A stretch of 63,795 nt of DNA, filler included. It is 4 parts of 4 records of this genome, joined end to end, with 100 filler letters (N's around TTAATTAATTAA, not from the genome) between each part and the next. Parts side by side here need not be neighbours in the genome. Positions count along the whole stretch, not along the records: positions 1 to 28,376 come from DRR723986_7685; positions 28,477 to 42,891 come from DRR723986_7688; 2 more parts are not named here. One strand, 5' to 3'. Below the pieces are notes generated by a model, which saw only the letters and a program-made list of their open reading frames with translations, had not been told where the DNA came from and did not search any database. A program made the position numbers and the translations under genes. How positions within the stretch are numbered: position 1 is the stretch's first letter; each line of letters begins with the position of its first letter. Of the stretch, positions 20,627 through 31,299 are shown piece after piece.

Positions 20627-22660
20627 TCAATTCACGGGTGTCGCGATGATGATGCGCACTGTACGTGAATAGTTACGACCCTCGGGATACGTGTTGTCGT
20701 ACAGCAGGCGTTCGCTACCGATTGCATTTGACTCAATCGATTCAGCCGGGATGTCGCTGAGCAAGTATTGGCGTACATTTTCAATCCGGCGGCCGGCAAG
20801 CTGTTTGTTATATGCCGGATCACCAACACGGTCACTATACCCCTCGATCGTGACTTTGGCGTTTGGCGACCATGCCTTTTTGACGTCTTCGAGAACAGCG
20901 CGATGGTTGCCGTTCAGAGCATCTGAGTTAAAACCGAAGAGCACCAGGGAGAAGCGGTCAAAACGCACGTCGTTCTTCGTCTCTGAGCGTTTCTGGTTAA
21001 GCGAAATATAGTTGACCGGCAAAGTCTTGGAGACGCTTGCAGTTTGATCGGCCTCATCGTCAATTTGCATATCGACTCTGAGTTCTTCCATCTGTGGCGT
21101 TACTTCCAGATCCAGAACATCAAAGTCGACGGTTTCGACGAAACGCGATCCGTTGCGCCCCTGCAGAACACCACCATTAGAATTAGAAATCTTCACATCC
21201 CACTTTGCGAGGCCACCAGCAGCATTCATACGCGGTTTAACACGCAAGACATCCGGCGTGGTGTTACGCACCACATTTGATAAACTAACGGGTTGCAGTA
21301 ACAGCGCGTCATTTGAGCTTAACTCAACGCGGCGGTTTTCGGCTCGTCCGTCTTCACTCTCGTTATTACTAGGCAGCTGCGGCAGGTTGCGCTTGCGAAT
21401 GTCAATACGTCCCTGATCAATGCCCCAGACATCTACCAAATACGATTTAACCGATTCGGCACGCTGACCTGAAAGCTCAGTGTTATTAGCTTCACTGCCT
21501 GTATTGTCATTGTGCCCCGTCAAGGTGATTTTACTTGCCGGGTACTGCAGCATGCGCTTGCCGATCACATTAAGTAGGTTGCGATAGACTTCCATCGTTG
21601 CGCCCGGCAGCAGTGTCTCCTGAAAGTCTGCCGTTTCATCATTCTCCAGCAGCACTTGACGAGTTGCAGCCAGGTCCGCCGATGCTTTAGGGAAATACAC
21701 GTAAAACATGATCGGATAACTCTCGGTAATCTCGACCTCTTCAATCGTGATTGCGACGTCGTCACTCAGACGGCCAAGAACATCAATTGCCTCAAGCTCA
21801 AATGATGCGCCAATCGCAGGTTTTGCGTCCGCGATTTCCGGCTCGGGCTCAGGCGTAGGTTCCGGTTCTGGTTCGGGAATCACAACTTCTTCTTCAGCAC
21901 CGAAGATGTCATAGGTAAGCGCAACACCAAAACGCAGGCTGTTGGTTTTCCAGTCCAGTCCATCTACCAGGTCACTGAGACCCAGGTAGTAACCGGCTTG
22001 TGGGATCGCATTCAGGCGCTCACCCAGCGGAATCTCATAGCCGACTCCCAGGGCCAGGGCCAGATGCATAGAGGCCGCATCGTCCAAATCTTCGGCTACG
22101 GCGTTGCGCACAACACCACTCTCGGGGAAGCGCGCGTTTGAAGGTGAAAGCAGGCGTTCTTCCTGCTCAAAAGTCGAAGAGTTGATCAACCCAAATTCTA
22201 CGCCGGCGCGAATGCTGAGAGGCACATCAGATTCGGCGAAGGGCCGCCAGGATATGCGCGGCTCGATGCTCAGCACACTGAAACTCGCATCCAGAATGTG
22301 CTCAACTTCAGCGTCAACAACCTGTCCGTTCAGTTCAGCGTTGCCAATTGTTTCGTTCGCCGAAAGATTGCCATCCAGGGCCGTCAGGCCAACACCCAAC
22401 TCAAAGTCGATTTGCGCAGCTACCGGCATGGCAAACAAAGCGCCAAAGGTCGGAACTGTAGCGCTACCATCTGTAAAACCAGGGCAGCAGTTGGGGACGC
22501 CCGGCAATTCCCTGAAGTCGGGACTGTGCTGATTGGCTTGTAAACCAAAGTACAGACCGATGCGCGCTGATCGTTCGCGCTCAGCAGAATCTTCCTGCGC
22601 TCGAAGTTGCGGTAAAGTGCAAAAAACACAAACGATGCAAATCAGTATAGGACGAATCAT
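20627..22660 (-). CDS. OmpA-family outer-membrane protein (N-terminal beta-barrel, Pro/Glu linker, two OmpA-like domains)
   Basis: GHNDNTG...LSGQRAESVKSYL...ENRRVE and GYSDRVG...NKQLAGRR...SRTVRI; PEPEPEPTPEPEPE linker. Confidence 0.85.
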   Translation of the reverse strand: MIRPILICIVCVFCTLPQLRAQEDSAERERSARIGLYFGLQANQHSPDFRELPGVPNCCPGFTDGSATVPTFGALFAMPVAAQIDFELGVGLTALDGNLSANETIGNAELNGQVVDAEVEHILDASFSVLSIEPRISWRPFAESDVPLSIRAGVEFGLINSSTFEQEERLLSPSNARFPESGVVRNAVAEDLDDAASMHLALALGVGYEIPLGERLNAIPQAGYYLGLSDLVDGLDWKTNSLRFGVALTYDIFGAEEEVVIPEPEPEPTPEPEPEIADAKPAIGASFELEAIDVLGRLSDDVAITIEEVEITESYPIMFYVYFPKASADLAATRQVLLENDETADFQETLLPGATMEVYRNLLNVIGKRMLQYPASKITLTGHNDNTGSEANNTELSGQRAESVKSYLVDVWGIDQGRIDIRKRNLPQLPSNNESEDGRAENRRVELSSNDALLLQPVSLSNVVRNTTPDVLRVKPRMNAAGGLAKWDVKISNSNGGVLQGRNGSRFVETVDFDVLDLEVTPQMEELRVDMQIDDEADQTASVSKTLPVNYISLNQKRSETKNDVRFDRFSLVLFGFNSDALNGNHRAVLEDVKKAWSPNAKVTIEGYSDRVGDPAYNKQLAGRRIENVRQYLLSDIPAESIESNAIGSERLLYDNTYPEGRNYSRTVRIIIATPVN

Positions 22661-22753
22661 AAGGTGTTCATTCCCTCTTAAAATAAGCTCCACGCAGGCA
22701 GAGTTTTCCCGCGCAGCCACAATACTTCACAATCTCGGACCTAAGGATGTCGA

Positions 22754-25700
22754 TTATTCGACCACCAGCAGTTGTTTGATGTCGTTTCGGAACAGTGAAC
22801 GCAGTACCAGCCAGTACGAGCCGGCGGGTACTCCGTCTAGTTGCAGCTGCAGGATCGGCGTTTCAACTGTTTTCGCAATTTCTTGCTGCAGAATGCTGCG
22901 GCCACTCATGTCCAGCAGCTCAATTTGTGCACCGTGGGTATCGATGCCGGAAAGGCTTATCTCAACGATCCCACTCGCCGGGTTCGGCTGTAATGCGGTA
23001 ATGCCGAAGGCGGTTGCTGTTGTCAAAAGACGCGGGCCGGCAACTTCACAAAGGCTGTCAAGTGTCAGGCTGCCATTCGCCAGCGTCGCTGAGAGGTTGG
23101 CACCCACAAACTGCACACTGTCAAGCGATAACTCTGACGTCACCTGGTCACCAAGCAGCGGCACACCTTGCAACACAAGGAGCGGCGCACCCGGAATGAT
23201 TTCCAGAGGACCGGCCTCAAGGATCAGCTGACGCTCACCACCTACGAGCTCCGCATTTGCGATGGAACCCGGATTGACGGAACGCGGCAAAAATACTGAA
23301 CTGTTGAGCCGCACGAAAGCGCGCACGCTTACAATCGTTCCCGCATCTATCTGTGAGCCTTCGCTTACCAGTATCGGTATATCAAGACCCGCATCGTGCG
23401 GGTTGGCCACCAAATCGGGGAAAGAAAGGTCGATTGTGCCCGGCAAAACGATATCTTCGTCGCCCGTGCCGCTCAGCGCAGTGCGGAAAATCAGCCCACA
23501 AGGATCAGGACTATTAACGCACAGTTCGCCACTGAACTCACCGCTTGCCGTTGGATTAAATGCGACTTCCAGGGCGAGTGTCGCCCCCACGGCAATCGTC
23601 TGTGGAAACTCAGAGGCAGCCGGGGAAAGCAATGTAAATGGCGCCGCCAGACAGTCGATAGACTCAATCAGAATTTCAGCTGTGCCGTCGTTTGTCCAGA
23701 TGACCGTTTGATTCGCCGTGCCGCCGAGTGTCACAGCACCAAATGCCTGTGTATCCGGGCCGGACATGCTCAGGTCTACGCGACGGCCAATCAATTCAAT
23801 CTCACGCCGAATGTCACATGGACCAAAAGTGATGATCATGCTGCCGCGCACATCATCGTCGGAATCAGTTGCAAAAGTAATTTCAAAGAAATCGGGCGGG
23901 ACCTGGCCTCTCAACAAATTAGTTCCAAAGTCACCGTTAATCTCGATGTCGGAGACTACGATGTTATCGCCGCTGCGAATTATCTGCACCCGCTCGGTGC
24001 TCGAGACTTCGGCGCAGGCCACATACGTGCCAAAGTCAACAGTCTCCGGGACGGTAATGCTTATGCCGCGTTTCTCGCCGGTGTAGTCAAATGTCAAGGT
24101 TTTGCTGCAGCCGTCCAACTCATAACTGATTGTTGCCGAGCCCGTAACCACGCCTTCAGCAGTGGGCGTAAGGCGTAGCGGCAAACGCACCAGGTCGGCG
24201 GCCGTCAGGCTGATCGGAACAGCTTGCTGACCTGTAATCTGGCCGGAGGCATCGCTAATCTCAGTGATAATCAATGGTCCAATCGATCCAGCCTCCAGCT
24301 CAAGCAAGAGGTCAGCGTCGCCAAATTCTTCACAACCGTCAATGCGCGGAACCGCCAATGCCGCCGCGTCACGCACGGTCACTTCCGGATCGCGCGCCGC
24401 GCCACTCAGTGGAAAACGCAAATTGCCATTACAGGAACCGCTGGTATAGGGAACTGTCAGCTCAAGATTTGCAGTGCCCTCACCCGCCGGCGCAAAACGC
24501 ACAACCAGCGAATCGGTCTCTCCGGGAGCAACAGTTAAAGGCAAACGGTCCAAAGCCAGAACGCTGAAAGGCGCAGTGGTCAGCGGAGTTTGCAGCACAA
24601 CATCGTCGTTGCCTGAGTTGGAAAAGACAATCGTAGTATCGCGAACGCCGCTATCACACAAGAGGAGCGCGCCAAAATCAATATTGGATGGCGCGGCCGT
24701 CACCAGCAACTCACCTTTGCTGCCGCTCAGCGGAATCGTAACCACGGCATCACAAGGCGAAAGCAGCACGCGCAGTTCAGCGCTCACAGGTGTAGTAGTT
24801 GACGGCGTAAAGACAATCTCCAGGCTGATTGTTTCACCCGGCTCAAGCGCGCTGTTTGCCGTAAAGTTCGACGCCGCAAATTCGGCTGAATTACTAAACT
24901 GCAGCTCAGTTAAACGCACCTGAAAAGCATTTGAATTTGTTAAAGTAATCGAACGCGAGACGCTCGATTCACAGCCGTCGAGCACACCCCAGTCCAGTTC
25001 GCTCGGCTCAAGGCCCAATCGTGGTGTTGGACGCACATCAACCTTGATGCTCGTTTCGGCTTCACAGCCGCCTTCATTGCGCACAACTACAAAGTATTCG
25101 TCCGTAGCATCAACACTAATGGTTTGAGTTTCAGCATCGTTAGACCATTTGTAACTGGCAAAACCGGTGCCGGCGTCCAGTACAACCGACTCACCATTGC
25201 AGAGTTCAGTCGGCCCATCGGCAGTGATGACCGGGTCTGGAATCGGAAATACCGAAACCGCCGTGGGCGGAGTTGTAAACTCACATCCGCTGCCGTCGCT
25301 CACAGTCACAAAGTAGTCACCTGTCGCGTCAACTTCGATCGACTGCTCTTCGGATCCCGTGTTCCAACGGTAGCTCGCAAAACCATCTCCGGCGCTCAGC
25401 ACCACGCTGCCGCCTTCACAAAATTCAAGGTCGCTGTCGGCACTGATCTCTGTTGTGATTTCGCAGCCGTATTTGCGTAAAAAGCCTTCCTGGCTGCCAT
25501 TGCTGGTAATCTGTTCACCGTTGACCATCGCCAGGTCGATGCTCGTCGTTTGGCCGCCGATGACGTAGTTGCCAATCTTGTCAATCGCAACACCCAGCCC
25601 CCGCTCATCCTGGCTCGAACCGTAGAAGGTGCCAAAGAGTAATTCTGAACCGTCGGCCGCCAGATGCCACACAAATGCGTCGGGACGGTCGCCCGTGCCG

Positions 25701-27679
25701 GCATCAAGTACCGCCTGTTCGGCATCATCCGAAACCAGCAGGCCTGTGCCATTTGCCCAACCGGTTACTACAATCGATTCGTCGTTCCGATTGACGGCAA
25801 CCGCGCGAATGTTGGCATTGCTGCTCGTTTCAATCAAGGTCGAGAACAACACGTTCTCAAGATCATTATCGATAATCGTCACAAAACCCGTCGAATTTCC
25901 ATCGACCGCCGGCGTGTTCTGTAGCGGATTGAGCAGTGGGAATGACCCGCTACCAGTCTCGCCGACAACTACAATGTTGCCGGATTCAGGCTGAACCGCC
26001 ACATCCCAGGCTCGCTCAAAGTCGGTGGTCCCAAAGTGGGTCGCCAACAAAAAACGCCCACTCGGTCCCCACTTGGAAATGATGATGTCATCGGAACCCA
26101 TGTAGTCGCGCTCCAGAACATCGTTGCCATTCACCGGCATTTGCGCGCGCGCATGCCCAACCACAAATATGTCGCCGTTGCGGTCCACGGCTACGCCGCG
26201 CGATTGATCATTTTCGGGTGTTGTATAGTACGTCGAGAATAGCAGCGAGCCGGTGTTGTTGCCGAGCCTGGCAACAAAACCACCGCGGAAATTCGCATCC
26301 TTATTGCTGAATCGTTCGCCGCGCAGAGGAAAGGTCGTACTGTTGTCGGCTGTCTCACCCACAACACAGAAGTTGTCGGAACTGTCGGCCGCAATCGCAT
26401 GGGCCGCATCGGCGCGCTCGCTACCCATGAATGTTGCCCAGCGCAGTCGCCCGGTTTCGGACATTCTGCCGACCCATGCATCAACTACCGCACGTTTGTC
26501 ATCCTGCACACCGCCCGGTGTTACGGGAAAGTTCTCGCTGTCGGTAGCGCCACAAATGCCCAGTTCGTCGGATCGATTAACCGTGATCCCTAATCCGCGA
26601 TCAAATTGGGTATCGCCAAAATAGGTTAACCAGTCCAGTGAGCCGGTGAGCGAATAGCGCCCGACCATCGCATCCAGACTTCCGGCATTGTCGCGCTGAA
26701 TAACGCCGGCAGTCACCGGCAAATTAACGCTGTTAACATCACCGATAATATAGATGCGGCGCTGGCTGTCCGTCGCAACATCATTGATCAGATCAGTTGA
26801 ACTTCCGCCCAGATAGGTCGAAAAAACCACACCCGGGTCTATAATGAGTTTCTTTTGTTTGTCGATGCGCCCCAAGTCAAACGTCACCAGGTCTTTGTCG
26901 AGTACAAAACGACTCGCCACACCGCGGCGCGGCTCAGAGCCGGAAGCCGGCGCGTCAACCGCTGAGTTGAGCTGCCAGGATACCGGCGCGTCTTCCACCA
27001 TCCAGCCAAAGGGATTGTCAACCCGCAGGCGGCCGTCATCCAGCAAAGCGAGTTTGTCGGCGCCAATCACACGCATGCTGATGTCACTCCAGTCACCGCC
27101 GGGATGAACTATGAAGTCGTATTTGAATTGCCGGCCGTCAAAGTGCAGGCGCAGGTCAATGTTCTCGTAGAGTCCTCCCAGCACAACCTCACCAAAATGT
27201 GGCAGGTCCGTAATGCCGTCTTTGCAATGCCCCAGGTAATAATTGCTTTGCTGATGCTGTACAGCGTCACCGCGCTCAAGTACTTCTGCTGACGCGCCTT
27301 CAAATTCAACATCTACACGAAATGTCTCGGTGCGTGAGGTCGGCAGAACGTCGGCAGATAGTTCGTCAGGCTCCAAGCCCAGCGACGTTTCAGCTTCTGC
27401 AATTGTAAGTGGAATCGAGCGCACAAAAACATATGAAAGGCCATTCTTGCGCACAAACAATCGCACGTCACCTAGGTCCGCAGTATAGAGCACATCGGGC
27501 CGCGTACGCAAATCACTGTCTACAACCTGCCCGCGATTTGGCTCAAACCACAACCGATCCGCCTGCAGCTCAGCAACACCTGGGTTGGGCCGTTCCGCAT
27601 ACGCCACTGAGGCGCTTGCAGCAATCAGTAACAAAACCAACAGTAGCTTTGATGTGACTCGGACGTTCAGCATGTGCAT
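22754..27679 (-). CDS. Large T9SS surface protein: SBBP beta-propeller repeats, Ig/choice-of-anchor D repeats, cohesin-like domain, CTD
   Basis: FEPNRGQ, KYDFIVHPG, LIIDP..FSTYLGG repeats, FPVT; DFG-type Ig repeats; LQPNP...GSYWLVL; GGAG RBS before ATG 27679. Confidence 0.85.
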   Translation of the reverse strand: MHMLNVRVTSKLLLVLLLIAASASVAYAERPNPGVAELQADRLWFEPNRGQVVDSDLRTRPDVLYTADLGDVRLFVRKNGLSYVFVRSIPLTIAEAETSLGLEPDELSADVLPTSRTETFRVDVEFEGASAEVLERGDAVQHQQSNYYLGHCKDGITDLPHFGEVVLGGLYENIDLRLHFDGRQFKYDFIVHPGGDWSDISMRVIGADKLALLDDGRLRVDNPFGWMVEDAPVSWQLNSAVDAPASGSEPRRGVASRFVLDKDLVTFDLGRIDKQKKLIIDPGVVFSTYLGGSSTDLINDVATDSQRRIYIIGDVNSVNLPVTAGVIQRDNAGSLDAMVGRYSLTGSLDWLTYFGDTQFDRGLGITVNRSDELGICGATDSENFPVTPGGVQDDKRAVVDAWVGRMSETGRLRWATFMGSERADAAHAIAADSSDNFCVVGETADNSTTFPLRGERFSNKDANFRGGFVARLGNNTGSLLFSTYYTTPENDQSRGVAVDRNGDIFVVGHARAQMPVNGNDVLERDYMGSDDIIISKWGPSGRFLLATHFGTTDFERAWDVAVQPESGNIVVVGETGSGSFPLLNPLQNTPAVDGNSTGFVTIIDNDLENVLFSTLIETSSNANIRAVAVNRNDESIVVTGWANGTGLLVSDDAEQAVLDAGTGDRPDAFVWHLAADGSELLFGTFYGSSQDERGLGVAIDKIGNYVIGGQTTSIDLAMVNGEQITSNGSQEGFLRKYGCEITTEISADSDLEFCEGGSVVLSAGDGFASYRWNTGSEEQSIEVDATGDYFVTVSDGSGCEFTTPPTAVSVFPIPDPVITADGPTELCNGESVVLDAGTGFASYKWSNDAETQTISVDATDEYFVVVRNEGGCEAETSIKVDVRPTPRLGLEPSELDWGVLDGCESSVSRSITLTNSNAFQVRLTELQFSNSAEFAASNFTANSALEPGETISLEIVFTPSTTTPVSAELRVLLSPCDAVVTIPLSGSKGELLVTAAPSNIDFGALLLCDSGVRDTTIVFSNSGNDDVVLQTPLTTAPFSVLALDRLPLTVAPGETDSLVVRFAPAGEGTANLELTVPYTSGSCNGNLRFPLSGAARDPEVTVRDAAALAVPRIDGCEEFGDADLLLELEAGSIGPLIITEISDASGQITGQQAVPISLTAADLVRLPLRLTPTAEGVVTGSATISYELDGCSKTLTFDYTGEKRGISITVPETVDFGTYVACAEVSSTERVQIIRSGDNIVVSDIEINGDFGTNLLRGQVPPDFFEITFATDSDDDVRGSMIITFGPCDIRREIELIGRRVDLSMSGPDTQAFGAVTLGGTANQTVIWTNDGTAEILIESIDCLAAPFTLLSPAASEFPQTIAVGATLALEVAFNPTASGEFSGELCVNSPDPCGLIFRTALSGTGDEDIVLPGTIDLSFPDLVANPHDAGLDIPILVSEGSQIDAGTIVSVRAFVRLNSSVFLPRSVNPGSIANAELVGGERQLILEAGPLEIIPGAPLLVLQGVPLLGDQVTSELSLDSVQFVGANLSATLANGSLTLDSLCEVAGPRLLTTATAFGITALQPNPASGIVEISLSGIDTHGAQIELLDMSGRSILQQEIAKTVETPILQLQLDGVPAGSYWLVLRSLFRNDIKQLLVVE

Positions 27680-28105
27680 ATTTTCTCCGTGCAGGCTTTT
27701 GGGGCAGGCAATCTCAACGTCATAAAAGATGTTGGATTTAAGACCTGAAGCATAACATGTAGACTTAGACAAACCGTGAATATACGCCCTTTGCACGAAG
27801 TATGCCTCGGTCCCGCATATTTTCTCTATCACGCGCACGCTAAATATCAAGTCAATTCCTTATCTCGGCCTTCTTTATCTGGCGCTCAATTACAAACAGT
27901 CTGGCAGCACTCCAAAATTCAGCATTGAGTGTTAGCTGACAAATACCGGTCCTTCAACTCGAAATATTTGTTTGCTCACCGGCACCGGGCATTTAGCCGC
28001 CCCCAAAGCCGGCCGTCTATGCCTAATGAGTTTCTTGTTTGTCGCTGGGTCGGAATGCCAAATTCACACAGCCTGCCACAATTCAATACGCCCACAGGCG
28101 CGTGC

Positions 28106-28376
28106 CTAACGCACAATCACAAACAGCTTGGCATCACTCCTGAATTCAGCATTGAGCAGCACCTGATACACTCCGGGCGCCAGCTCAATGTCTGGCCGCA
28201 CCGTCATCAGATTAGCTCCCGCATTCGGCCATTTGCGCTCAAAAACTGTGCGGCCGGTCGTTGCGCGGATCTGCATCTGCAGACTTGCGCCCGCAATGCC
28301 GCGCACCTGGAACTCCGGTGGCTGATTCGATGGATTCGGCGTCAAACCAATAATCCCAAACCGCGGCGCCGTCGTT
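28106..28376 (-). CDS. 3' end (T9SS CTD) of a gene truncated by the contig edge
   Basis: TPNP...TGRTVF...PGVYQVLL...LFVIVR; frame open to the gap. Confidence 0.7.
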
Positions 28377-28476
28377 NNNNNNNNNNNNNNNNNNNNNNNN
28401 NNNNNNNNNNNNNNNNNNNNTTAATTAATTAANNNNNNNNNNNNNNNNNNNNNNNNNNNNNNNNNNNNNNNNNNNN
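28377..28476. other. Artificial contig spacer
   Basis: N-run around TTAATTAATTAA (stops in all frames). Confidence 0.98.
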
Positions 28477-28540
28477 AAAGGCCCAGCGAAGCTACAGCCG
28501 CTCAAAGCTCTGCCAACGGCAAACACTAATGTACTTCACA

Positions 28541-30997
28541 TCAGGGCTGCACCAGAATTTGTACAGTCTGACTGCGTCCGTCCTCCAGCTGCAGCGACAC
28601 AAAATAGGTGCCGCGCACGACGTCAAGTAATTTGAGAGTAGACGTCGCATTTGGCGTTAGCATCAATTCCTGCTGCAGCACTACATTCCCACGTAGGTCC
28701 GTAATCCGCACAAAAGCTTCGAACGCACCGGAGCTAATCAAAGGCAAAATGTTAAGTTCGGCGTTAACCGGATTCGGCGAGACACGGAACAGATCATCTG
28801 TATTGTTTAAGTTGCTAGTATTAAACGCCTTAACGCTGTTAACCACACCTGCGTCGATCACCAGAAAGTCATCGATTGCTGCGAAACACTTGCGCCGGAA
28901 GTCACCGATATTATTTTGACGGTCACCTTCCACAAGACGGAAGCGCACGCGCATGTTGGCAGTCAAAGGCAATTGATCCTTTAACTCGTAACGCTTGGAT
29001 TGCCACGCGTTATCCTGCACATCGGTATAAGCGTCAATCATTTTCCAGGTTTCACCATCGGAAAGCCAAATCTGGAGTGTATCATCTGTGCGTGTGAACT
29101 CGCGATAAAACGGCGCGTTGTACCAGCTGTTAAATGTTAAGACAGGCTCCAGCATTTCGCTCGCATCAATTACAGGTGAAGTCAGGTTGGCAGCGCCCAA
29201 ATCCGGGTCGGCATAAGCATACATGCCATTGGGGTCTCCATGTGCGTCCACCAGCGGCAATTCATCCGGATTAGGCTGCGCAGACGCCTGAATCAAACGC
29301 CAGGCACGCGACCCATTATCTCCGCCCTGCAGCTGCCAGAAGTCGGCAAGATTAAATGACTCAGGATATCCGCGCTCGGCCTGCAAAACAACTTGTTTAA
29401 GTTCCGGCCCGTCAACGCTGAAGAGCTGATCCTGCAGGATGTAACCCCATTGATTAATCGACGCGTGATACTCGCCGTACAGCATCGTACGCTGGAAAAA
29501 ACCACCGATATTACTTTCAATTTCAAAGTCGAGCAGCAGGTTCGGCTCCCGAATCTGCATCGTGATATTTGGTAGGTTATTGCCCTTTTGATCCTGCGTG
29601 TTAAAAATTACGGGAGCACTTTCGAGTTTGTCCAGCAGAACATCAAGGATAACTGGCGAATCGGCGTTAAAAGTGATCCCTTCCTGGATGTGTGTGCTGT
29701 AACCTTCCTTGGAAAAACGCAGGTCCGCAGTACCTTCAATCTGTCCAAATACATAACTGCCGTCCGTCTGGCTCAGAACCGGCGCAGTGTTAATTTTATC
29801 ATTGGAGTTGATGGCTTCAATCCGTACACCGTCCAGAGCCAGACCGCTGCCCGACACTGAAACAACTCCACTGACTGATCCGGCACGTGTAGAGTTAAAG
29901 CGCAAAATGTGCAGGCCATGTGCCATGTCCGACACCAAAGTATTGCCGGACGGTAAATTTGGATACACGCCCCAGGCACCGTTAAATGGTGAGGAAAAAT
30001 CTCTTTCCTCACCCTCAAATGTGTCGTAGTAAGCAACTTCCGTTGGAGCCCGGCGATTGCGAATATCAAAGATTCTAAGGCCGTCAAAATAGAAACTCAC
30101 AAATGCGTAGTCGCCCATGATATGCACATTGTGCGCCACGGACTTTTCAGCTACAGGAACCTGGGCAATCTGCTGCGGATGCGCCGGATCGCTGATATCC
30201 CAGAAACGCAGCGGATTTCCAAACTTCTCATCGGTAACGATCAGGTACTGGTTGTCTGCCGTCGACCACATGTTGTGCGTAAATGCATCGGGATACGGTG
30301 TGCGTGTTAACTGCCGCCAGTTATCGGGAATCGAGATATCAAAAATCTCAATGCCGCTTCCAAGTGCCGAGCCGAACATCATGCCGTTGTTAACATAAAC
30401 ATCGTGCCAATAGGGCTCAGTTAAAGCTGTTACAACAGTCGGATTGACAGGATCCGCCAGATCCAGCACCACAATACGCCGATTTTCGCGGGCACCGGCG
30501 ATATATGCGATGCCGTTGTCGATATACAAATTATGCGCCGTACCGCGCGGCAAGGATTCACTGAAGACATTTACGAGCTCAACTGATTCCGGCAGGCCGC
30601 TTAGATCGACGATGTAGATACCGGTCTCGCGCGCGCCGGGAGGTCCTACGTCATTGGTGATGTAGGCATAATGTGAATGAGTTTTGATGTCGCGGTGAAT
30701 AGAGTTGGGGCCGCTGATAAACTCAATCTCAGTTGGATTCGCGGGGTCGGTCACGTCAAAGAACCAGGTACCGTTCTGCGCACCGACAATCGCGTATTCG
30801 CGTCCATCGGCGGCATAGCCCCAAACATCATTGTAGTTAAAAAGCGAGAATTCACCAGCCGGGTCAGTTTGGCCCAGCAGCTCCAGATTTTGACTGATTT
30901 CAGTCCTATCCTGTGCCTGTGCTACCGGGCAGAACAGACAAAAATTGAACACAAGACACACACAAACAGACAAGCTAAGGTGCATTTGAGTTTTCAA
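28541..30997 (-). CDS. Choice-of-anchor B (LVIVD repeat) protein with carboxypeptidase-regulatory-like domain and T9SS CTD
   Basis: YNDVWGY...GREYAIVG, HRDIKT, HNMW, DGLRIFDI, GAWGVYP.LPSG; VSPNP...GTYFVSL. Confidence 0.88.
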   Translation of the reverse strand: MKTQMHLSLSVCVCLVFNFCLFCPVAQAQDRTEISQNLELLGQTDPAGEFSLFNYNDVWGYAADGREYAIVGAQNGTWFFDVTDPANPTEIEFISGPNSIHRDIKTHSHYAYITNDVGPPGARETGIYIVDLSGLPESVELVNVFSESLPRGTAHNLYIDNGIAYIAGARENRRIVVLDLADPVNPTVVTALTEPYWHDVYVNNGMMFGSALGSGIEIFDISIPDNWRQLTRTPYPDAFTHNMWSTADNQYLIVTDEKFGNPLRFWDISDPAHPQQIAQVPVAEKSVAHNVHIMGDYAFVSFYFDGLRIFDIRNRRAPTEVAYYDTFEGEERDFSSPFNGAWGVYPNLPSGNTLVSDMAHGLHILRFNSTRAGSVSGVVSVSGSGLALDGVRIEAINSNDKINTAPVLSQTDGSYVFGQIEGTADLRFSKEGYSTHIQEGITFNADSPVILDVLLDKLESAPVIFNTQDQKGNNLPNITMQIREPNLLLDFEIESNIGGFFQRTMLYGEYHASINQWGYILQDQLFSVDGPELKQVVLQAERGYPESFNLADFWQLQGGDNGSRAWRLIQASAQPNPDELPLVDAHGDPNGMYAYADPDLGAANLTSPVIDASEMLEPVLTFNSWYNAPFYREFTRTDDTLQIWLSDGETWKMIDAYTDVQDNAWQSKRYELKDQLPLTANMRVRFRLVEGDRQNNIGDFRRKCFAAIDDFLVIDAGVVNSVKAFNTSNLNNTDDLFRVSPNPVNAELNILPLISSGAFEAFVRITDLRGNVVLQQELMLTPNATSTLKLLDVVRGTYFVSLQLEDGRSQTVQILVQP

Positions 30998-31299
30998 GGT
31001 AACTCCAAATAGGCAGGCCTGAGCTACACATAATTCAATTAATGAGTTAGTGTAGTTTTACTCAGGGCAAGAGGTTCAAAGACAGGCATTCCACCTTTTG
31101 AAAAAAGCGATGGAAGCCAAAGAGCGCGCGGGGGGATGTCAACTGACAGGGTAAAAAGAAGTACAAGCACTTCCGATCAGAGAATAAAATACTCAAAATC
31201 CGCGAAGAATTCAGCATCTCCTGGCTTGCAGCTACGGTATTTAGGCTATAAACCGTATTTTTGCACTGCCAGAAAAATAACATGCAGGAATAATCAAGA

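Noticed and set aside
28421-28432. TTAATTAATTAA palindrome repeated three times in the window
   Set aside because: Always embedded in N-runs; it is an artificial spacer
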